This document shows, one piece after another, positions 39,770 to 50,595 of a stretch of DNA of 64,000 bases. How positions within the stretch are numbered: the first letter of the stretch is position 1; each line of letters starts with the position of its first letter. Below the pieces are notes generated by a model. That model did no database searches and was not told the origin of the DNA. It worked only from the letters and a program-made list of their open reading frames with translations. Position numbers and translations under genes: made by a program. The DNA lies in the NCBI RefSeq assembly GCF_036917535.1, contig NZ_JBALDA010000031.1:1242-65241 (forward strand), read 5' to 3'. This DNA is from Nostoc sp. Lineage in GTDB: Bacteria > Cyanobacteriota > Cyanobacteriia > Cyanobacteriales > Nostocaceae.

Positions 39770-42118
39770 ATGGCGACTGAAGAAATTAGAGTTGGCGGTA
39801 CTGTTCAAGGAGTAGGATTTCGCCCTACCGTCTATCGTTTTGCTAAAGCCTGTGGTTTGACTGGAGATGTTTGTAATGATGGTCAAGGTGTATTAATTAG
39901 GGTATCTGGTAGTGAGGAAGCAATTACAGAGTTTGTTGCCAGATTGCAAACAGAATGTCCACCGTTAGCAAGAATTAATCAACTAACTAGAACTCCTTAT
40001 GAAGGTGAATTGAAATTTGATAATTTCGTGATTTCTAGTAGTGTCAGTAATGCCATTACAACAGAAATTACCCCTGATGCAGCCACCTGTCCACAGTGTC
40101 AACAAGAAATATTCGACCCCTTTAGCCGCTTTTATCGCTACCCCTTTACTAACTGTACTCATTGCGGCCCCCGCCTGAGTATTATTCGTGCCATTCCTTA
40201 TGACAGATGCAATACCAGTATGTCTGCGTTTGCCATGTGTTCAGAATGTGCAAAGGAATACCACGATGTCGAAAATCGCCGTTTTCACGCTCAACCTGTA
40301 GCTTGTCATGTTTGTGGCCCCGCAGCTTGGTTAGAACGCGCTGATGGAAAATCGGTTACTGCTTCCATGTTTTCGATGTTGGATGATGTCGATGCTGTTT
40401 GTACCTTGTTGCAAAAAGGTGAGATTGTGGCAATTAAGGGGTTAGGTGGTATTCATCTAGCTTGCGATGCAACACAGGAAACCGTTGTACAAAAACTACG
40501 TCAGCGAAAAAAGCGCTATCATAAACCCTTTGGTTTGATGGCGCGGGATATTGAAGTAATTGAACAATATTGTATTGTCAACGCCAAAGAAAAAGAATTA
40601 TTAACCAGTTCTGCTGCACCAATTGTTTTATTACAGGCTTCAGATAAAAAACAGTTAGCATCGTCAGTAGCATCAGGGCAAAATACTCTTGGTTTCATGC
40701 TACCTTATACGCCCTTGCATCATTTAATTCTGCGGCGGATGAATCGCCCAATTGTTTTAACAAGTGGCAATCTTGCTGATGAACCACAATGTATTGATAA
40801 TGACGAAGTAAGGGAAAAATTAGGGACAATTGCTGATTATTTTCTCTTGCACAATCGGGAAATTATGAATCGGGTAGATGATTCAGTTGTACGTGTTCTA
40901 GGTGATAAAGTTCAAACAATTCGCCGTGCCAGAGGATATGCACCAGCATCAATTAGTTTACCACTGGGATTTCACAAAGTACCGCAAATTTTAGCAATGG
41001 GCAGTGAGTTAAAAAATACTTTTTGCCTATTGCGTGAAGGAGAAGCAATTCTCTCCCAACATCTAGGAGATTTAGAAAATGCTGCCGCTTTCAACGCTTA
41101 CCAAGAAAATTTAAAATTATACTTAAATTTATTTGAGCATCAACCAGAAGTAATCGCCATTGATAAACATCCTGAATATCTCTCAAGCAAACTTGGTAAA
41201 GAACTCGCGGACACAAATAAAATCAAAATTTATCCCATTCAACATCATCACGCCCATATCGCCGCTTGTATGGCAGAAAATGGGATTCCCTTAAATTCAC
41301 CTCCAATATTAGGTATTGCTTTAGATGGTTTAGGTTACGGCGATGATGGTACACTCTGGGGTGGAGAATTTCTTTTAGCAGATTACCGAAATTTTAAACG
41401 ACTAGCAACATTTAAATCAGTAGCAATGGTTGGTGGTGAACAAGCAATTTATCAGCCTTGGCGTAATACTTATGCTCAATTAGTAGCTGTTAACCTGTGG
41501 GATGATTGCGAACAAAAGTATGCTAATTTAGAAATATTTAAATTTTTGAAAAACAAGCCACTTAAGCTACTCAATCAACTTATAGATAAAGGAATTAACT
41601 CTCCTCCAGCTTCTTCAGTAGGGCGATTGTTCGATGCAGTGGCAGCAGCTATCGGTATTTATAGAGACGAATGTAGCTATGAAGGACAGGCTGCGATCGC
41701 AATGGAAGCTATAGTAGATGTTAGTAGTTTAAATAATGATAAAGAAACACCAATATATCCTTTTAATTTTATTTTTTCAGATAGTATTTATTGTATAGAC
41801 CCACGTCCAATGTGGCTAGCCTTGCTCGATGACTTACAGCATCAGATTCCACAACCAGTTATGGCAGCCAAATTTCACAAAGGTTTAGCGAATGCCATTG
41901 TGCAAATGGTTAAACATCTTAGTCAAGAAAATCTGATTTATCAGGTAGCATTAACAGGAGGAGTACTTCAAAATTGTATATTGTCAGAGGAAATTAGCAA
42001 ACGATTACAAATATTGGGAATAAAAGTACTTACTCACAGCTTAGTACCAGCTAACGACGGCGGGTTATCTTTAGGACAAGCAGTGATTGCAGCCGCACAA
42101 TTAATACATGAGTCTTGA
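39770..42118 (+). CDS. hypF: Carbamoyltransferase HypF
   Basis: GTVQGVGFRP, two zinc fingers, QHHHAH and PANDGGLSLGQ. Confidence 0.96.
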   Translation: MATEEIRVGGTVQGVGFRPTVYRFAKACGLTGDVCNDGQGVLIRVSGSEEAITEFVARLQTECPPLARINQLTRTPYEGELKFDNFVISSSVSNAITTEITPDAATCPQCQQEIFDPFSRFYRYPFTNCTHCGPRLSIIRAIPYDRCNTSMSAFAMCSECAKEYHDVENRRFHAQPVACHVCGPAAWLERADGKSVTASMFSMLDDVDAVCTLLQKGEIVAIKGLGGIHLACDATQETVVQKLRQRKKRYHKPFGLMARDIEVIEQYCIVNAKEKELLTSSAAPIVLLQASDKKQLASSVASGQNTLGFMLPYTPLHHLILRRMNRPIVLTSGNLADEPQCIDNDEVREKLGTIADYFLLHNREIMNRVDDSVVRVLGDKVQTIRRARGYAPASISLPLGFHKVPQILAMGSELKNTFCLLREGEAILSQHLGDLENAAAFNAYQENLKLYLNLFEHQPEVIAIDKHPEYLSSKLGKELADTNKIKIYPIQHHHAHIAACMAENGIPLNSPPILGIALDGLGYGDDGTLWGGEFLLADYRNFKRLATFKSVAMVGGEQAIYQPWRNTYAQLVAVNLWDDCEQKYANLEIFKFLKNKPLKLLNQLIDKGINSPPASSVGRLFDAVAAAIGIYRDECSYEGQAAIAMEAIVDVSSLNNDKETPIYPFNFIFSDSIYCIDPRPMWLALLDDLQHQIPQPVMAAKFHKGLANAIVQMVKHLSQENLIYQVALTGGVLQNCILSEEISKRLQILGIKVLTHSLVPANDGGLSLGQAVIAAAQLIHES

Positions 42119-42198
42119 TATTTGACAAAATTGTTCTTAGAAAGAATTCTCTGTGCGTTATTTACGCCTCTGTGGTTAATTTATCTTAAAAAATAAAA

Positions 42199-42459
42199 AT
42201 GTGTTTAGGAATCCCCGGACAAATTATAGAAATTACCAACGTTAACCATAAATTAGCTACAGTTAACATTGGTGGTGTTAAGCGCGAAGTAAATATTGCT
42301 TGTATTGTAGATGAACAACATCCCCCCGAAGCTTGTATTGGTAATTGGGTGCTAGTACATGTTGGCTTTGCGATGAATCGAATTAACGAACAAGAAGCGG
42401 CAGAAACATTACAACTGTTCCAAGAATTAGCAGCAGTAGAAGCAGGGATTAGTACGTGA
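42199..42459 (+). CDS. hypC: HypC
   Basis: MCLGIPG and VLVHVGFAM. Confidence 0.96.
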   Translation: MCLGIPGQIIEITNVNHKLATVNIGGVKREVNIACIVDEQHPPEACIGNWVLVHVGFAMNRINEQEAAETLQLFQELAAVEAGIST

Positions 42460-42575
42460 AGAAGGTTGGAGGCAGGAGGTTGAAATCTAGATGAGGCAAC
42501 GCGATTTGTTAAAAAAACCCTCTACTACAAAAGCGAAATTAACAGATACATAAAACTCACTACTCCTCACTTCCT

Positions 42576-43754
42576 ATGAAATATGTTGACGAATTCCGCG
42601 AACCGGAAAAAGCTGAAGCTTTATGCCGCGAAATCGCTAAATTATGCCATCGACTAGAAAAACCTATCAAAATCATGGAAGTATGTGGCGGACATACCCA
42701 TTCTATTTTTAAATATGGTATCGAAGAAATTTTACCCCAAGCTATTGAACTAATTCATGGGCCTGGTTGTCCGGTATGCGTGATGCCAAAAGGGAGATTA
42801 GATGATGCGATCGCAATCTCTCAAAATCATAACGTCATTTTTGCCACCTTTGGCGACGCAATGCGAGTTCCTGGCTCCAAAACAAGTTTACTACAAGCCA
42901 GGGCACAAGGTGCAGACATCCGTATGGTGTACTCTCCCCTAGATAGCCTACAAATTGCCAAAGATAACCCCGACAAAGAAGTAGTTTTCTTCGCATTAGG
43001 CTTTGAAACCACAGCCCCCAGCACCGCCTTCACCATCCTGCAAGCAGCAGCCGAAGAAATTCATAACTTTAGTATGTTTTGCAATCACGTCCTGGTGATT
43101 CCCGCCCTCAAAGCATTATTAGATAATCCTGATTTACAACTAGATGGATTTGTTGGGCCTGGACATGTCAGCATGGTAATTGGCACTGACCCATATCAAT
43201 TTATTTCCCAACAATATAATAAGCCAATTGTTGTTTCAGGATTTGAACCCTTAGATATTCTCCAATCGATTTGGATGCTATTGCAACAGCTAGTAGAAAA
43301 TCGTTGTGAAGTTGAAAACCAATATAACCGAATTGTAGAAAAAAACGGGAATACAGTAGCCCTACAAGCCATAAATAAAGTTTTCGCCGTGCGAGATAAT
43401 TTCGATTGGCGCGGCTTAGGTGACATTCCTTATTCAGGATTACAAATTAAACCTGAATATGCCCAATTTGATGCCGAACTTAAATTTACCATTCCCAACC
43501 TCAAAATAGCCGACCATAAAGCTTGTAAGTGTGGAGAAATTCTCAAAGGAGTCTTAAAGCCTTGGGAGTGCAAAGTATTTGGTACAGCTTGCACACCAGA
43601 AACACCAATCGGTACTTGCATGGTATCTTCCGAAGGTGCTTGTGCAGCCTATTACAAATACGGGCGACTCTCCACTATTGCCAAAAGAACAATCACTGAA
43701 AAACCAAAAATAACTCAAGAACCCCTCCCCGCCTGCGGCTTCTCCTCAGACTGA
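42576..43754 (+). CDS. hypD: HypD
   Basis: MEVCGGHT, GPGCPVC, GFETT and CMVSSEGAC. Confidence 0.97.
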   Translation: MKYVDEFREPEKAEALCREIAKLCHRLEKPIKIMEVCGGHTHSIFKYGIEEILPQAIELIHGPGCPVCVMPKGRLDDAIAISQNHNVIFATFGDAMRVPGSKTSLLQARAQGADIRMVYSPLDSLQIAKDNPDKEVVFFALGFETTAPSTAFTILQAAAEEIHNFSMFCNHVLVIPALKALLDNPDLQLDGFVGPGHVSMVIGTDPYQFISQQYNKPIVVSGFEPLDILQSIWMLLQQLVENRCEVENQYNRIVEKNGNTVALQAINKVFAVRDNFDWRGLGDIPYSGLQIKPEYAQFDAELKFTIPNLKIADHKACKCGEILKGVLKPWECKVFGTACTPETPIGTCMVSSEGACAAYYKYGRLSTIAKRTITEKPKITQEPLPACGFSSD

Positions 43755-43793
43755 TAATACTCCGCCTACCTCTGCGCTTAAAAAAAGTTTAAT

Positions 43794-44897
43794 ATGAATA
43801 TTTTCCCCATAAACTCAATACAAAATTCTCTATTTCAAAAAATAGAAAAAGTTCGTCGTCACCAAAGCAAAGTGCGAGATACTCATATAACTCTCGCACA
43901 TGGCAGCGGTGGTAAAGCCATGCGTGATTTAATAGATGATATCTTTGTCAGCAATTTTGATAACCCAATTCTCTCGCAACTAGAAGACCAAGCCAGCTTT
44001 AACTTAGCCAGTCTCATGCAACAAGGAGACAGACTTGCATTTACTACAGATTCCTATGTTGTAGACCCCTTATTTTTTCCCGGTAGTGATATAGGGGAAC
44101 TAGCCGTTAACGGCACAGTTAATGATTTAGCGGTTAGCGGTGCTAAACCTTTATATCTAACTTGTAGCGTCATTTTAGAAGAAGGATTACCAGTAGAAAT
44201 ATTACGGCGTGTCGCAGCCAGTATGAAAACAGCTGCGAAAAAAGCTGGTGTTCAAATTGTTACTGGTGACACAAAAGTTGTACATCGCGGTGCTGTCGAT
44301 AAACTCTTTATTAATACTGCTGGTATTGGTATCATCCCGCAAAGAGTTAGTATTTCCGCCCACAATATTCAACCTGGAGATACTATAATAATTAATGGTG
44401 AAATAGGCAATCATGGAGCAGCAATTTTAATTGCCCGTGGCGAATTAGCCTTAGAAACCGATATTGCAAGTGACTGTCAACCATTACATACTTTAGTAGA
44501 AACTATTCTCCATGTGTGTCCTCAGATTCATGCTATGCGAGATGCCACACGCGGTGGTTTAGCTACAGTTTTAAATGAATTTGTCCTCAGTTCCAATGTA
44601 GGAATTCGTCTTTTTGAAGAATCTATCCCAGTGCATGAAGAAGTCAACGGAGTTTGTGAAATTCTCGGTTTAGATCCATTATATTTAGCTAATGAAGGTA
44701 AGTTAGTTGTAGTGGTGGCAGCTAAATATGCAGAAACTGTTTTATCTGCGATGAAATCCCACCCAGCAGGCAAAGATGCTTGTATTATTGGCGAAGTTAT
44801 TACCTCACCTCCAGGTATCGTATTGTTAAAAACAGTTTTTGGTGCTGAAAGGATTGTTGATATGTTAGTAGGCGACCAATTGCCACGAATTTGTTAA
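43794..44897 (+). CDS. hypE: HypE
   Basis: HGSGG, TTDSYVV and RDATRGG motifs; C-terminal PRIC. Confidence 0.97.
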   Translation: MNIFPINSIQNSLFQKIEKVRRHQSKVRDTHITLAHGSGGKAMRDLIDDIFVSNFDNPILSQLEDQASFNLASLMQQGDRLAFTTDSYVVDPLFFPGSDIGELAVNGTVNDLAVSGAKPLYLTCSVILEEGLPVEILRRVAASMKTAAKKAGVQIVTGDTKVVHRGAVDKLFINTAGIGIIPQRVSISAHNIQPGDTIIINGEIGNHGAAILIARGELALETDIASDCQPLHTLVETILHVCPQIHAMRDATRGGLATVLNEFVLSSNVGIRLFEESIPVHEEVNGVCEILGLDPLYLANEGKLVVVVAAKYAETVLSAMKSHPAGKDACIIGEVITSPPGIVLLKTVFGAERIVDMLVGDQLPRIC

Positions 44898-44917
44898 TTT
44901 TTAATAGATTTTATAGG

Positions 44918-45259
44918 ATGCACGAACTTGGAATTACTCAAAATATTGTGGCAATCGTGACTGAACATGCCAAAGGTGCAAAAGTGCAGCGAGTTTTATT
45001 AGAAATTGGCAAACTTTCAGCTATTATGCCCGATGCTATCCGATTTTGTTTTGATATTTGCACTCAAGGCACAGTTTTAGCAGGGGCAACATTAGAAATT
45101 TTGGAAATTCCTGGCTTAGGGCGATGTCGCCAATGCGGTACAGAAATTTATTTAGATAAACCATTTGGTATCTGTAACTGCGGTAGCACGCAATTAGATT
45201 TAATTACTGGTGAAGAACTGAAAATTAAAGAAATAGAAATAGAGGAATTATGTGTGTAA
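44918..45259 (+). CDS. hypA: HypA (likely start MHEL at 44918)
   Basis: MHELGI, CRQC and CNC motifs. Confidence 0.94.
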   Translation: MHELGITQNIVAIVTEHAKGAKVQRVLLEIGKLSAIMPDAIRFCFDICTQGTVLAGATLEILEIPGLGRCRQCGTEIYLDKPFGICNCGSTQLDLITGEELKIKEIEIEELCV

Positions 45260-46107
45260 CCTGCGGTTGTTCTGATGATGGTGAAACTAAAATTACCAAT
45301 CTGGAAACAGGTGAAGCTGAACATAACCATCATCATCATACTCACACTTTAGCAGATGGTACTGTCATCACTCATTCTCACAGTCACGACACTCATATAG
45401 AAGCGTCTCAAATTCATGCCAAAATACACAATACAACGATATCCTTAGAACAGGATATTTTGGCAAAAAATAATTTGATAGCAGCCCAAAATCGGGGATG
45501 GTTTAAAGGTCGAAATATTCTCGCCTTAAATTTAATGAGTTCTCCCGGTGCGGGGAAAACAACTCTTTTGACACGAACCATTAATGATTTAAAACATCAA
45601 TTATCTATCGGTGTAATTGAAGGCGACCAAGAAACTGCTAATGATGCCAAAAAAATTAAAGAAACAGGCTCTAAAGTCATCCAAATTAACACTGGAACAG
45701 GCTGTCATTTAGATGCATCAATGATAGACAAGGGTTTACAACAACTGAATCCGCCACTGAACTCAGTTGTGATGATTGAAAATGTGGGAAATTTGGTTTG
45801 TCCAGCTTTATTTGATTTAGGAGAAAATGCAAAAGTCGTGATTCTCTCCGTCACGGAGGGAGAAGATAAGCCGATAAAATATCCCCACATGTTCCGTGCT
45901 AGTGATGTAATGATTATCACTAAAATTGATTTGCTACCTTATGTAGATTTTGATGTTCAAAAGTGCATAGAATATGCTAAACAAGTAAATTCCCAAATTC
46001 AGATTTTCCAGGTTTGTGCAACAACTGGTGCTGGGTTAGAGAGTTGGTATAAATGGGTAACTGAAAAGGTAACAAGCTTGTCAACACTACTCCCTTCAAA
46101 TACCTAA
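45250..46107 (+). CDS. hypB: HypB GTPase
   Basis: MCVTCGC, His-rich segment, SSPGAGKTT, ENVGNLVCP and TKID. Confidence 0.97.
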   Translation: MCVTCGCSDDGETKITNLETGEAEHNHHHHTHTLADGTVITHSHSHDTHIEASQIHAKIHNTTISLEQDILAKNNLIAAQNRGWFKGRNILALNLMSSPGAGKTTLLTRTINDLKHQLSIGVIEGDQETANDAKKIKETGSKVIQINTGTGCHLDASMIDKGLQQLNPPLNSVVMIENVGNLVCPALFDLGENAKVVILSVTEGEDKPIKYPHMFRASDVMIITKIDLLPYVDFDVQKCIEYAKQVNSQIQIFQVCATTGAGLESWYKWVTEKVTSLSTLLPSNT

Positions 46108-46257
46108 ATTTTTTTGAACATAGACGTGCATACCATTTAGACAGCTAGAGTGATCGCTATATCTCTGTAATCTTGCTATCACGTTGAAAAATTTGGAATA
46201 AGAAGCTGAAAAAATGCAAATATAAGAGAATTATCTCGAATTGTATAATGAACTACG

Positions 46258-46884
46258 ATGCAGTTAAACATTTACCAAGCTTTTCTGCTTATTAGTGTTA
46301 GCACTTCTAATCTTTTAACTACTCCCGGATGTGCTGCCAATCCTGAAGAGGTTAAGCAGCTGCTGAATACCAACAAGTGTTTCAACTGCGACTTATCAGG
46401 AGCTAACCTTCAGAGAGCTAACTTGTCGCAAGCTACTTTGTCCCAAGCCAACCTTCAGGGAGCTAACCTTCAGGGAGCTAACTTGTCGCGAGTTTCTTTG
46501 TCCCAAGCCAACCTTCAGGGAGCTAACCTTCAGGGAGCTACTTTGATGCAAGCCAACCTATCAGAAGCAAAGCTGTCAAAAGCCAACCTATCAGAAGCGG
46601 AGCTTCAGGGAGCTTTTTTGTCACTAGCGAACCTTCAAGGAGCGAACCTATCAGAAGCGAAGCTTCAGGGAGCTATTTTGTTCCATGCAAACCTTCAAGG
46701 AGCTAACTTGTCGCAAGCTGACTTGTCGCAAGCCAGCCTGTTAAAAGCCAACCTGTCAAAAGCCAACCTTCAGAGAGCTTTTTTGATACTAGCCAACCTT
46801 CTAGAAGTTAACCTTCTAGGAGCCAATCTTCAAGGAGCCATCTTGCAAGGAGCGATGATGCCTGATGGGAAAATTCATCCTTGA
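46258..46884 (+). CDS. Pentapeptide-repeat protein
   Basis: Signal-like N-terminus, C..CDL motif, many A(N/D)Lxx repeats. Confidence 0.92.
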   Translation: MQLNIYQAFLLISVSTSNLLTTPGCAANPEEVKQLLNTNKCFNCDLSGANLQRANLSQATLSQANLQGANLQGANLSRVSLSQANLQGANLQGATLMQANLSEAKLSKANLSEAELQGAFLSLANLQGANLSEAKLQGAILFHANLQGANLSQADLSQASLLKANLSKANLQRAFLILANLLEVNLLGANLQGAILQGAMMPDGKIHP

Positions 46885-47075
46885 TTTTTGTGGTGGTTTT
46901 AGCCTTAACTGAACCGTATTGACTTATAGGGTTAGAACTGGCGGTGCGATTCGGGGTGGGTATTCGTTGCAAAGAGTGCGATCGCGCTACGCCAGTTTTA
47001 GTTTTTGGCCTTAATCCAAGCGTATTGTGGTATAAATGGGTAAGTGAGAAAATCACAAGTTTTTTTACCAGTAAA

Positions 47076-47954
47076 TCAATCACAAAGTCGCTGTAGTTCC
47101 TCAACTGTATTTAGGGTTTTGATAGCCTGTTGAATCACTTTTAATCGCTGTAAATCTGTGATTTGGTAAATGATTGGCATTAAATCTAAGCCAGTAGTCC
47201 CAAATTTAATCTCTAGTGCCAATTCAATACCTGAATATAATTCCTCTCGTCGTCCGCGTGCTTCCCCGCGTGCTTCCCCGCGTGCTTCTCCTTCACGTAA
47301 AATTTCTTGATACCAAGGCGATTCACGCAACACAGCCATATCCCACCTCATGATTTCTTGGACTAGGGCACTCTCTATTACAAACGTAGCAAAAAAAGCC
47401 AAAACTGTTTCAAGTTGATTTAATTGTTCATCCTGACGCAGAATTTGCAAGGCTTCTCGAATTACAACCTCGTTTTCACCCCCTTTGAGGATGGGTACAA
47501 ATGGAATTAAGGATGGTAATGGTGTCTCAAAGACAGTATTTACATCAACTTCCCATAAGTTAATCACCCGATAATCTTGAGTTGCTCTTAAACCTGCAAC
47601 ATTTGATGTATATGTTGTAGGTATTTCTGTGTTAGTTCCTTTAAGAATGTTGATTAATACCGGATAGGTAGGTAAATTATATTTTTCTTCAGCTAGAGCT
47701 GCATAAGCACGCATCCGTCGTGGCATTTCCGGTTTATAGCGCAGTTGTAATTCATTTACAACTAGAAATTTTCCATACTGCGGATTCTCGACACGGATAA
47801 GTACATCACTTTCTCTACTAAGCCACTGAAATTCTGAGTTGAGAATTTCACCTACAATAACATCAGGAATTTCTGTTACCCATTTTACCCAGTTATCGGG
47901 TGCAAGACTGATTAGGCGTTTAGTGCTGATATCAGCAGGTTTGGGCATAAGCAA
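47076..47954 (-). CDS. Second Rpn family nuclease/putative transposase
   Basis: ESDVL, NELQLRY and LRESPWYQEIL + (GEAR)n repeats. Confidence 0.87.
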   Translation of the reverse strand: MLMPKPADISTKRLISLAPDNWVKWVTEIPDVIVGEILNSEFQWLSRESDVLIRVENPQYGKFLVVNELQLRYKPEMPRRMRAYAALAEEKYNLPTYPVLINILKGTNTEIPTTYTSNVAGLRATQDYRVINLWEVDVNTVFETPLPSLIPFVPILKGGENEVVIREALQILRQDEQLNQLETVLAFFATFVIESALVQEIMRWDMAVLRESPWYQEILREGEARGEARGEARGRREELYSGIELALEIKFGTTGLDLMPIIYQITDLQRLKVIQQAIKTLNTVEELQRLCD

Positions 47955-48206
47955 GTAGGTACGTTTAGATAAGCGCTATTGCACTTTTATTTAGACTACC
48001 ACTGAGTATGGACATTGCGATCGCCTAAATATTTCCGTCTCAAAATACAAAAATTAACCCAAATTACAGTAGTTATTTCTACTTTAATAACTAACTGCAT
48101 CCAATTAAAAAAAATGAATTATACCTCTCAGAAAATACAACACCCTGCACTTTAAAAGTACAGGGTGGAAGACAGCAATAAGGATGATTCCCAGTTTCTA
48201 TTTACC

Positions 48207-48581
48207 TCAAAGCCAATCTCGGTAAGCTGATATTTCATTGACGCTGATTTCAAACGGCATCCCTTTACCAAATGGCGGATAAACGCGGATTTTGCCGTTG
48301 GTAGCAAACCGCTCTAATCTATTACCTAACTGAGGAATATTGCTGACGATATGCCAGTAAGATACTAAGTCAGGGCAGTCAATAATTAGTGTTAGGATGC
48401 TAGCATTTGTTGTGAGATACCACTGACAATTAGACAACAGTACTCGCGTAATGCGATCGCAAGCTTGATAAAAGCATCTGCCAGTAGACTGTTCTAGCTC
48501 CATTTGCAGCATTCCATCCTGTTTTGTTACCTCAGCTGGAGGTAAGTCATCGGGAGGAAGCATGTATAGTTTAGAAGACAT
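48207..48581 (-). CDS. Hypothetical protein, paralog of 27849-28223
   Basis: FYQACDR, LLSNCQWY, DCPD, PFE and YRDW; overlaps the LLM gene stop by 11 bp. Confidence 0.8.
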   Translation of the reverse strand: MSSKLYMLPPDDLPPAEVTKQDGMLQMELEQSTGRCFYQACDRITRVLLSNCQWYLTTNASILTLIIDCPDLVSYWHIVSNIPQLGNRLERFATNGKIRVYPPFGKGMPFEISVNEISAYRDWL

Positions 48582-49578
48582 AATTTCGCACCTCTTGGTT
48601 GTAGCGCGTCAAACTCTCCAGGTTTTTTCGCATATCCGCAGACGAGGGTTTGAGTGCTAACGTACCTAAATCTAATTCGTCCTGAAATTTCTTGATTTTG
48701 TCTCGACAAGTCTCCACATCACCGATAATTGAGTTCTCAATCAAATAGTCTTCATCGAAACAAATATTTGTGCGATCAAATGGTTTTTGGTTAGGATTCG
48801 CACTATTTTTCAAGATTTCAGCCGAATTAGCTTTCATTTTCTGGCTAAATTTGCGAACGAAAGGTAACGCTTCACTCACTGCCTCGTCAAATGTTTTGCC
48901 AAGAAAAAAGAAGCGTGCCAGCACAAAGTTTTCCGCACCACTAGAATTTAAGGCTCGATATTTGGTAATAGTATCCTTCAATCTCTCTAGGGAAAATGGC
49001 GGCCCACCCATCAAGCTGAAGGAATGTTTAGCAGCAAGCTCAATACCATCATCACCACCAGTGGCAACATACACTGGTATTTGACTTTGCAATGGTTTGG
49101 GGTAAATTGTCAGGCGATCGCATTGATAATATTGCCCATTAAATGATACATCAGTTTCATACAAAAGCTTCTGAATCAATGCGATCGCCTCTAGCATCTT
49201 AGGACGAGATTCACTTGGGAGGGTCGCAAAATGCTTGTTTTGTTGAGGAAAGGGGCCACCTTTAGCAACTCCAAATAATAATCGTCCATTGCACAAGTTA
49301 TCCAAAGTGGCAATATCTTCCGCTACGCTAATAGGGTTATGGAATGGCAGCAACACCGCCGCAGTGCCTAATTGGATAGTTGAAGTCAATCCTGCCAAAT
49401 GTGCCATCAACACCAACATAGACGGGCTGAGATTAGATTCACTAAAATGGTGTTCACTCACCCACGCTTCCTCAAAACCTAAGCTTTCTGCCTGTTTTAC
49501 TAGTGCAACTTGCTCAAAGATGGCACGACGAGCATCTTGGTGAAAATTATCGTAATTGCAGAAAATTCCAGTTTTCAT
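48571..49578 (-). CDS. LLM class (luciferase-like) flavin-dependent oxidoreductase
   Basis: AESLGFEEAWVSEHHF, LGTAAVLLP, AEDIATLD and PKPLQ motifs. Confidence 0.9.
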   Translation of the reverse strand: MKTGIFCNYDNFHQDARRAIFEQVALVKQAESLGFEEAWVSEHHFSESNLSPSMLVLMAHLAGLTSTIQLGTAAVLLPFHNPISVAEDIATLDNLCNGRLLFGVAKGGPFPQQNKHFATLPSESRPKMLEAIALIQKLLYETDVSFNGQYYQCDRLTIYPKPLQSQIPVYVATGGDDGIELAAKHSFSLMGGPPFSLERLKDTITKYRALNSSGAENFVLARFFFLGKTFDEAVSEALPFVRKFSQKMKANSAEILKNSANPNQKPFDRTNICFDEDYLIENSIIGDVETCRDKIKKFQDELDLGTLALKPSSADMRKNLESLTRYNQEVRNYVF

Positions 49579-49639
49579 TACTTGTGTTGATACTTTGTAT
49601 TCACCGTAGGTGCTGATTATTCTAGTGGTTGATAGGTTT

Positions 49640-49821
49640 GTAGTAAGGGACTTACAACAAATAAATTACTACTACTTGTGGGGTGGACAGTAGTAAGGGA
49701 CTTCCAACAAATAAATTACTACTACTTGTGGGGTGGACATCTTGTCCGCCCTTAGCTACGGGCGGGCGAGACGCCCACCCCACAAAAAGTAGTTGAGTAT
49801 TTTTTTATTTGGAGTTCCCTA
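49640..49821. mobile_element. MITE/REP-like element with tandem 50-bp duplication of its left end
   Basis: 49640-49689 ~ 49690-49739; ends agggacttcc...ataaa / tttatttggagttccct; inner gtggggtgg / ccaccccac inverted repeat. Confidence 0.7.
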
Positions 49822-49901
49822 AGCACTTTAGTGCTTAAATATTTGGGAATAAAGTCCTCTCTACAAAAGCATTTACCCCTCTCAATTAATGTGATGAATC
49901 A

Positions 49902-50267
49902 CTAAGTTGCAACCCACTGCAACTCCAACCATAGGCGTGGGTTGTTCTCTTTGACCCTCGACAGCGGATCGCGTAACAATCGCTTGGCATTCATGCAAAC
50001 AACCTGGATTAGACCCATATTGTCTGCTACTTCTCTGAGTATTTCTTTTTGAGCTTGCACACAGGAAATCATTTCGTCGGAGCAATAAATTCCTATATAT
50101 TGCAAACGTCTGGCAGGTCGTCCCCAAAAACAGGTGATGACTTTTACATAACACCCATCCAGCAATTCTCCAACTTGCGGGTAGTAATGGTTGACGACTC
50201 TTGTGAATTCCTTGGCTAAGATATCTTCAGCAATCATTGGAACTGATATTTCTGTAGCGTCCATCAC
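49902..50267 (-). CDS. Hypothetical protein
   Basis: 121-aa ORF with five Cys; no family recognised. Confidence 0.65.
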   Translation of the reverse strand: MMDATEISVPMIAEDILAKEFTRVVNHYYPQVGELLDGCYVKVITCFWGRPARRLQYIGIYCSDEMISCVQAQKEILREVADNMGLIQVVCMNAKRLLRDPLSRVKENNPRLWLELQWVAT

Positions 50268-50346
50268 GCTATTTAATATAACATAATTTTATCAGTTAAA
50301 CATGACAAAATATTGTATTAAGCTGGAATAAAATATTAAATATTAC

Positions 50347-50381
50347 AAAAAAAGAGGTGTACCTCATTCGGGATCACCTCA
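50347..50381 (-). terminator. Possible Rho-independent terminator
   Basis: Minus strand reads gaggtg...cacctc followed by a T7 run. Confidence 0.45.
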
Positions 50382-50595
50382 GATTTGCGTAAAGCATCTT
50401 TATATTAAAAGTTCGTAATTCCTAATTCGTAATGATATTTGCAGACTCGCCAACGTAATTATGTTATATATAGATTAGGATTTAAATCCTACCCATAATG
50501 AATCCTAACAAATTTTAGAGGTCGCTGACTCTAAGTCTTGATTTAATTACAAATTACGAATTAGTGTTGAATTATAACTTTTGAATTTTTAATTA

